Origin: a virus
Lineage: Duplodnaviria > Caudoviricetes
Strand: one strand, 5' to 3'
DNA length: 24,679 bases
Virus record (IMG/VR): IMGVR_UViG_3300032319_000532
Span: 1-24,679 of that record
The translations under genes and the position numbers were made by a program. The notes under the pieces were generated by a model that did no database searches, was not told the DNA's origin, and saw only the letters and a program-made list of their open reading frames with translations. This document shows, in pieces, positions 21,548 through 24,679 of this stretch. Each line of letters opens with the position of its first letter. The first letter of the stretch is position 1.

Positions 21548-22045
21548 TATTTAATATCTCCTTCATTCTTGCATAAACCTTCCACCCTTATAAGGTCCTA
21601 ATAGTGCATCCATAAACATTGCAAATTCTTCATCTGTGACCTTATTATCTATGGGTAAATTTATTATATTGTTGTCCACTTTTTTGCTCATTTATCTTCC
21701 TCTTTTTCGCTCATTTTTTGCTGTGCTTCCCAACTAAGTTTACCTTCTCGGTATATGGGCCAATATCCTAAAGACTTCCAATCCATACGCATGATCTTAG
21801 GTTCTTGCATCCATACTCCTATCCCAGACTATTAGGCACTTTATGCACTGAATCCCAGGCTCTCGCATATACCAAGTATGATCACATTCTTTCATTGTCT
21901 ATGCCTCTTCTTGTTCCCGTATTTTTTAGCAACTTCTGCTTTAGCTTTATCAACTATAGATTTGGTAACACACCATATCTGACCATCTGACATTGTTTGA
22001 TGTGTATACCAAAATGAATCATTATCTTGACTTATAGTGCAGCAC

Positions 22046-22258
22046 TTAGTATCCACCCGTGCACTCATTTCTTGTATGATATAAACGTATTTTGGTTAAA
22101 GTTTTTTTATTGGGTGCTATAAGCAACTCATCACAACAATTGCAATTAAAGTCCCATTCACCAGAAAAGAAGTCATAACGATAGCCCTTTTGTTTAGCAT
22201 ATTTTTTAATGCGGAATGTAGTAAATGGGTCTGGTATTTCATAGCTTTTAAGCGTCAT
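22046..22258 (-). CDS. Small Cys/His protein, leaderless
   Basis: TTGACA-N18-TACAAT-6nt-ATG; CNCC...HTRNEC. Confidence 0.65.
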   Translation of the reverse strand: MTLKSYEIPDPFTTFRIKKYAKQKGYRYDFFSGEWDFNCNCCDELLIAPNKKTLTKIRLYHTRNECTGGY

Positions 22259-22280
22259 ACTAACATTGTATCCTATTGTT

Positions 22281-22778
22281 TTATAATCTGTCAAGAAGCA
22301 AATCAAGGTAAAAATCTTCTTCTTTTGGAGATGATTCTATGTAAATTACTTCATTTATAATATTTGCTTTTAATGCTGTTTTTATCATAATATCTGAAGA
22401 ACTTCCAGGAATTGGCCTAGATGAAAAATAAACTAAATAGTGTGCATCTGGCATTACGGCTTTGATCAATGCACCATTAGCAATTGCCTTCTTAACACTA
22501 TCTGTTCTTTTGGCCCCAGGCCGCTTCTTATCGCCTTCGTAGCCACCCTTAGCCTCTATGTAGTGCCCGTCAGCAAGAAAATCCACCTCTACTCCAGCTT
22601 CTTGAACAAAAAAGTTTTTATGAATAGATGAGTAACCATTTATAATTAATTCTTCATAAACGGTTTCTTCAAAATCATCACCTGATTTTTTTGATTCAGA
22701 TTGAAAGTCTGTTTGAATTTTATTAATGATTGCCTCTTGCAATTTTTGCACATTTTCTAATCCATAACAAGGCAACAA
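22281..22778 (-). CDS. PD-(D/E)XK restriction-endonuclease-like nuclease
   Basis: GDDFEE...EVDF....IEAKGG motif order; start uncertain. Confidence 0.65.
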   Translation of the reverse strand: MLPCYGLENVQKLQEAIINKIQTDFQSESKKSGDDFEETVYEELIINGYSSIHKNFFVQEAGVEVDFLADGHYIEAKGGYEGDKKRPGAKRTDSVKKAIANGALIKAVMPDAHYLVYFSSRPIPGSSSDIMIKTALKANIINEVIYIESSPKEEDFYLDLLLDRL

Positions 22779-22872
22779 CTGAAGTCAATGGATCAAATCC
22801 TACAGGTTGCATTAATGCTTCAATATCTGATGCTATTTTTTCTCTTAAAATAATTTCTTCTTCGTTAGTCAT
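22723..22872 (-). CDS. 49 aa hypothetical protein
   Basis: MTNEEEIILREKIASDIEA...CAKIARG. Confidence 0.45.
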   Translation of the reverse strand: MTNEEEIILREKIASDIEALMQPVGFDPLTSVVALLWIRKCAKIARGNH

Positions 22873-23137
22873 TATTTAAAACTGATCCAAATAAAATATT
22901 GATTGCTTTTTTATAATCTTCTGCTGACTCTGTTAGTTCATAAGGCTTTGAGTGTGGCGTATGAAATATAGCCATAGTAGTCTTGATAAGGCTTTGATGC
23001 ACTACTTCTGCTACCTCATCACCATCACTTTTTCTGACTCTTGCTACTTCTTTATTAACAATATTTTCAACATATGCCCTTAAACCAAGTATAAGAGGGT
23101 CTGTTCCTAAAGCTTTTAATTCTTCTCTATTAGCCAT
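22865..23137 (-). CDS. Hypothetical protein, leaderless
   Basis: TTGACA-N18-TAGAAT-5nt-ATG. Confidence 0.7.
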   Translation of the reverse strand: MANREELKALGTDPLILGLRAYVENIVNKEVARVRKSDGDEVAEVVHQSLIKTTMAIFHTPHSKPYELTESAEDYKKAINILFGSVLNND

Positions 23138-23140
23138 ATG

Positions 23141-23293
23141 CTATTCTATCGCATCCGACTGGTTTTTGTCAAGAGGCATTTTTTCCCATTTTTTCCAATA
23201 AGGAACACCTTCTTCATCAAAATCTGACCCAAGATCTTTAAGTATTTTAGCATCTTCATCCATAATTCTTTTAATATAGTTATCAAAAGTCAT
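23141..23293 (-). CDS. 50 aa hypothetical protein
   Basis: Fills the gap between neighbours; MTFDNYIKRIMDEDAKILKDLGS. Confidence 0.5.
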   Translation of the reverse strand: MTFDNYIKRIMDEDAKILKDLGSDFDEEGVPYWKKWEKMPLDKNQSDAIE

Positions 23294-23531
23294 CTTTATC
23301 TATATCCTCTTCTAAGTCCCAGCTAATTACTAAATAAGTAGTTCCCCATTTTTCATAAGGCTTATTTATCAATTTATACATATATGAATTAAAAAAATTT
23401 TTCCAACCGTAATCATCATGATCACTATGATGCAGTGCTCTACATAAAAATGGGCTGGCTAAATGATTACATAAATTAGCAAACCATCTTAGCGGGAGTA
23501 TGTTAGTTTTATGTTCTGGTTTTGTCAGCAT
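23283..23531 (-). CDS. Hypothetical protein
   Basis: GGAGG RBS; 82 aa. Confidence 0.65.
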   Translation of the reverse strand: MLTKPEHKTNILPLRWFANLCNHLASPFLCRALHHSDHDDYGWKNFFNSYMYKLINKPYEKWGTTYLVISWDLEEDIDKDDF

Positions 23532-23677
23532 TATAAACCCTCCAAAAATTCAATTAAATCATCACAATCACATCTATCTAAACCGTGTTGATTTGTCCAA
23601 TTTGTGCCACCTATGCCACCATCTTTATGACGAAATTTTACAGCAGCAATAATTTCTTGTTTTGTTTGTTGATCCAT
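23531..23677 (-). CDS. 48 aa hypothetical protein, leaderless
   Basis: TTGACA-N18-TACACT-6nt-ATG; TAATG coupling. Confidence 0.55.
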   Translation of the reverse strand: MDQQTKQEIIAAVKFRHKDGGIGGTNWTNQHGLDRCDCDDLIEFLEGL

Positions 23678-23763
23678 ATGCTTAGTGTATCATTTATCTT
23701 ATGATTTTGTCAACATAAATGTTATAATTAACTTATTACACATGCTTTACACGGAGGTCAATT

Positions 23764-24679
23764 GTGACCAGAAAGATTAATTTACTACTTGCTATCCTAT
23801 TATCAATAGGGTGGTTTTTTTGTATTCCCGCACAAACAGTACAAGCAAGTTGTGTTACAACAGCACAATCTATAGCAAATGCTTCAACCGCACCTGTTGT
23901 TTTAAATACTGAAACAATTACTGTTTCTAATGACAATTCAACAACATTTTCTACTCCAGTTCTTGTTCAAGATACATGTGGTGGAGATGATGTTTCATAC
24001 CAAGTTGCATTGCCAACATCTGTCAATTTTCAAGGTGAGACATATACTGCTGTGTATGCTACAACTAACTCTACTATTGTTTTTGGTCGTCAAGATAATA
24101 ATTGGAGTAGTTTTCCCAACACCCCGTCTATTTCAATTAATGCTTATGATTGGGTAGTCCTTGATCCAAATAACTCAAATCCATCTAATTCATACCCTGC
24201 TGGATGGAGGGCAGAAGATGAACATTTAATCATTACTTCTAGTCAAGCGGGATTTCAAGTTGATTTAGCAGTACGTCCATTTGGTCAAAATGCTTCCGCA
24301 AACTCACTATCTACAATTGTAGTAACTGCAGCAATTAATGCTGATAATACTTTAACAATTACTTATTTATCAGATGTTCAACAAGGTTTAAATACTAGAA
24401 CGGGTGTTCGTTTGCCAGATGGTCGTATTGTTACCCTTGAAGAAGCTGGTTTGACTCGTGTTTATATTGCGCCAGTTGTAACTAGCGAAACAATAAATCC
24501 AGGTATAGTTGAAACCTCAACCCCTACTCCTGCCCCAGAGCCCACTCCTACTCCTGCCCCTAATCCAATTGTTGTTCCAGAGCCTATGCCTGCTCCAGAA
24601 CCCGCTCCACAACCCGTTGTAGAGCCCACACAGCCTGCCGTAGAACCAGAGCCACCAGTTGTAGAACCAGAGCCACCAG
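23764..24679 (+). CDS. Secreted/surface protein with Pro-Glu-rich linker, 3' end outside window
   Basis: GGAGG RBS plus GTG; signal peptide ending VQA; DD.SY.V.LP..V.FQG..Y..VY.TTN..I.FG segment (nidogen/NIDO-like); PEPTPTPAP and VEPEPP repeats. Confidence 0.75.
   Translation, partial: MTRKINLLLAILLSIGWFFCIPAQTVQASCVTTAQSIANASTAPVVLNTETITVSNDNSTTFSTPVLVQDTCGGDDVSYQVALPTSVNFQGETYTAVYATTNSTIVFGRQDNNWSSFPNTPSISINAYDWVVLDPNNSNPSNSYPAGWRAEDEHLIITSSQAGFQVDLAVRPFGQNASANSLSTIVVTAAINADNTLTITYLSDVQQGLNTRTGVRLPDGRIVTLEEAGLTRVYIAPVVTSETINPGIVETSTPTPAPEPTPTPAPNPIVVPEPMPAPEPAPQPVVEPTQPAVEPEPPVVEPEPP

Noticed and set aside
23736-24157. ORF-track ORFs 23736..23936 and 23930..24157
   Set aside because: Shadows of the long + strand ORF starting at 23764

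Overview
This window looks like part of a large, low-GC tailed-phage genome with an actinobacterial host. That call is an inference from leaderless genes and actinobacterial-type operator and promoter motifs. The left part (1-5371) carries a class II ribonucleotide reductase (nrdJ, partial), a GT4 glycosyltransferase, a lytic-transglycosylase-like protein, hypothetical proteins and a NUMOD4/HNH endonuclease. The centre (~5.45-19.85 kb) is a co-oriented island of roughly 50 mostly tiny ORFs, including a DUF932 protein and a DUF1281-like protein, plus tRNA-Asp, and it resembles an early or host-takeover region. The strongest signal is non-coding. Seventeen + strand promoters have the exact TGTCAG-N10-TANNNT geometry of the actinobacterial PafBC/RecA-NDp DNA-damage promoter. 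Intergenic cassettes are tiled with sites matching known host regulators (CRP x15, LexA, DnaA x4, PhoP/RegX3-type, WhiA-type GACAC, tandem ArgR, MraZ). The island also contains a four-copy covarying RNA pseudoknot, a fixed-spacing antisense bipartite motif, and strong 4-mer palindrome avoidance that is broken at the cassettes. The right part (20.5-24.7 kb) has small minus-strand genes, a PD-(D/E)XK nuclease and a partial secreted Pro-rich protein. All motif counts were made by eye and no database search was run.
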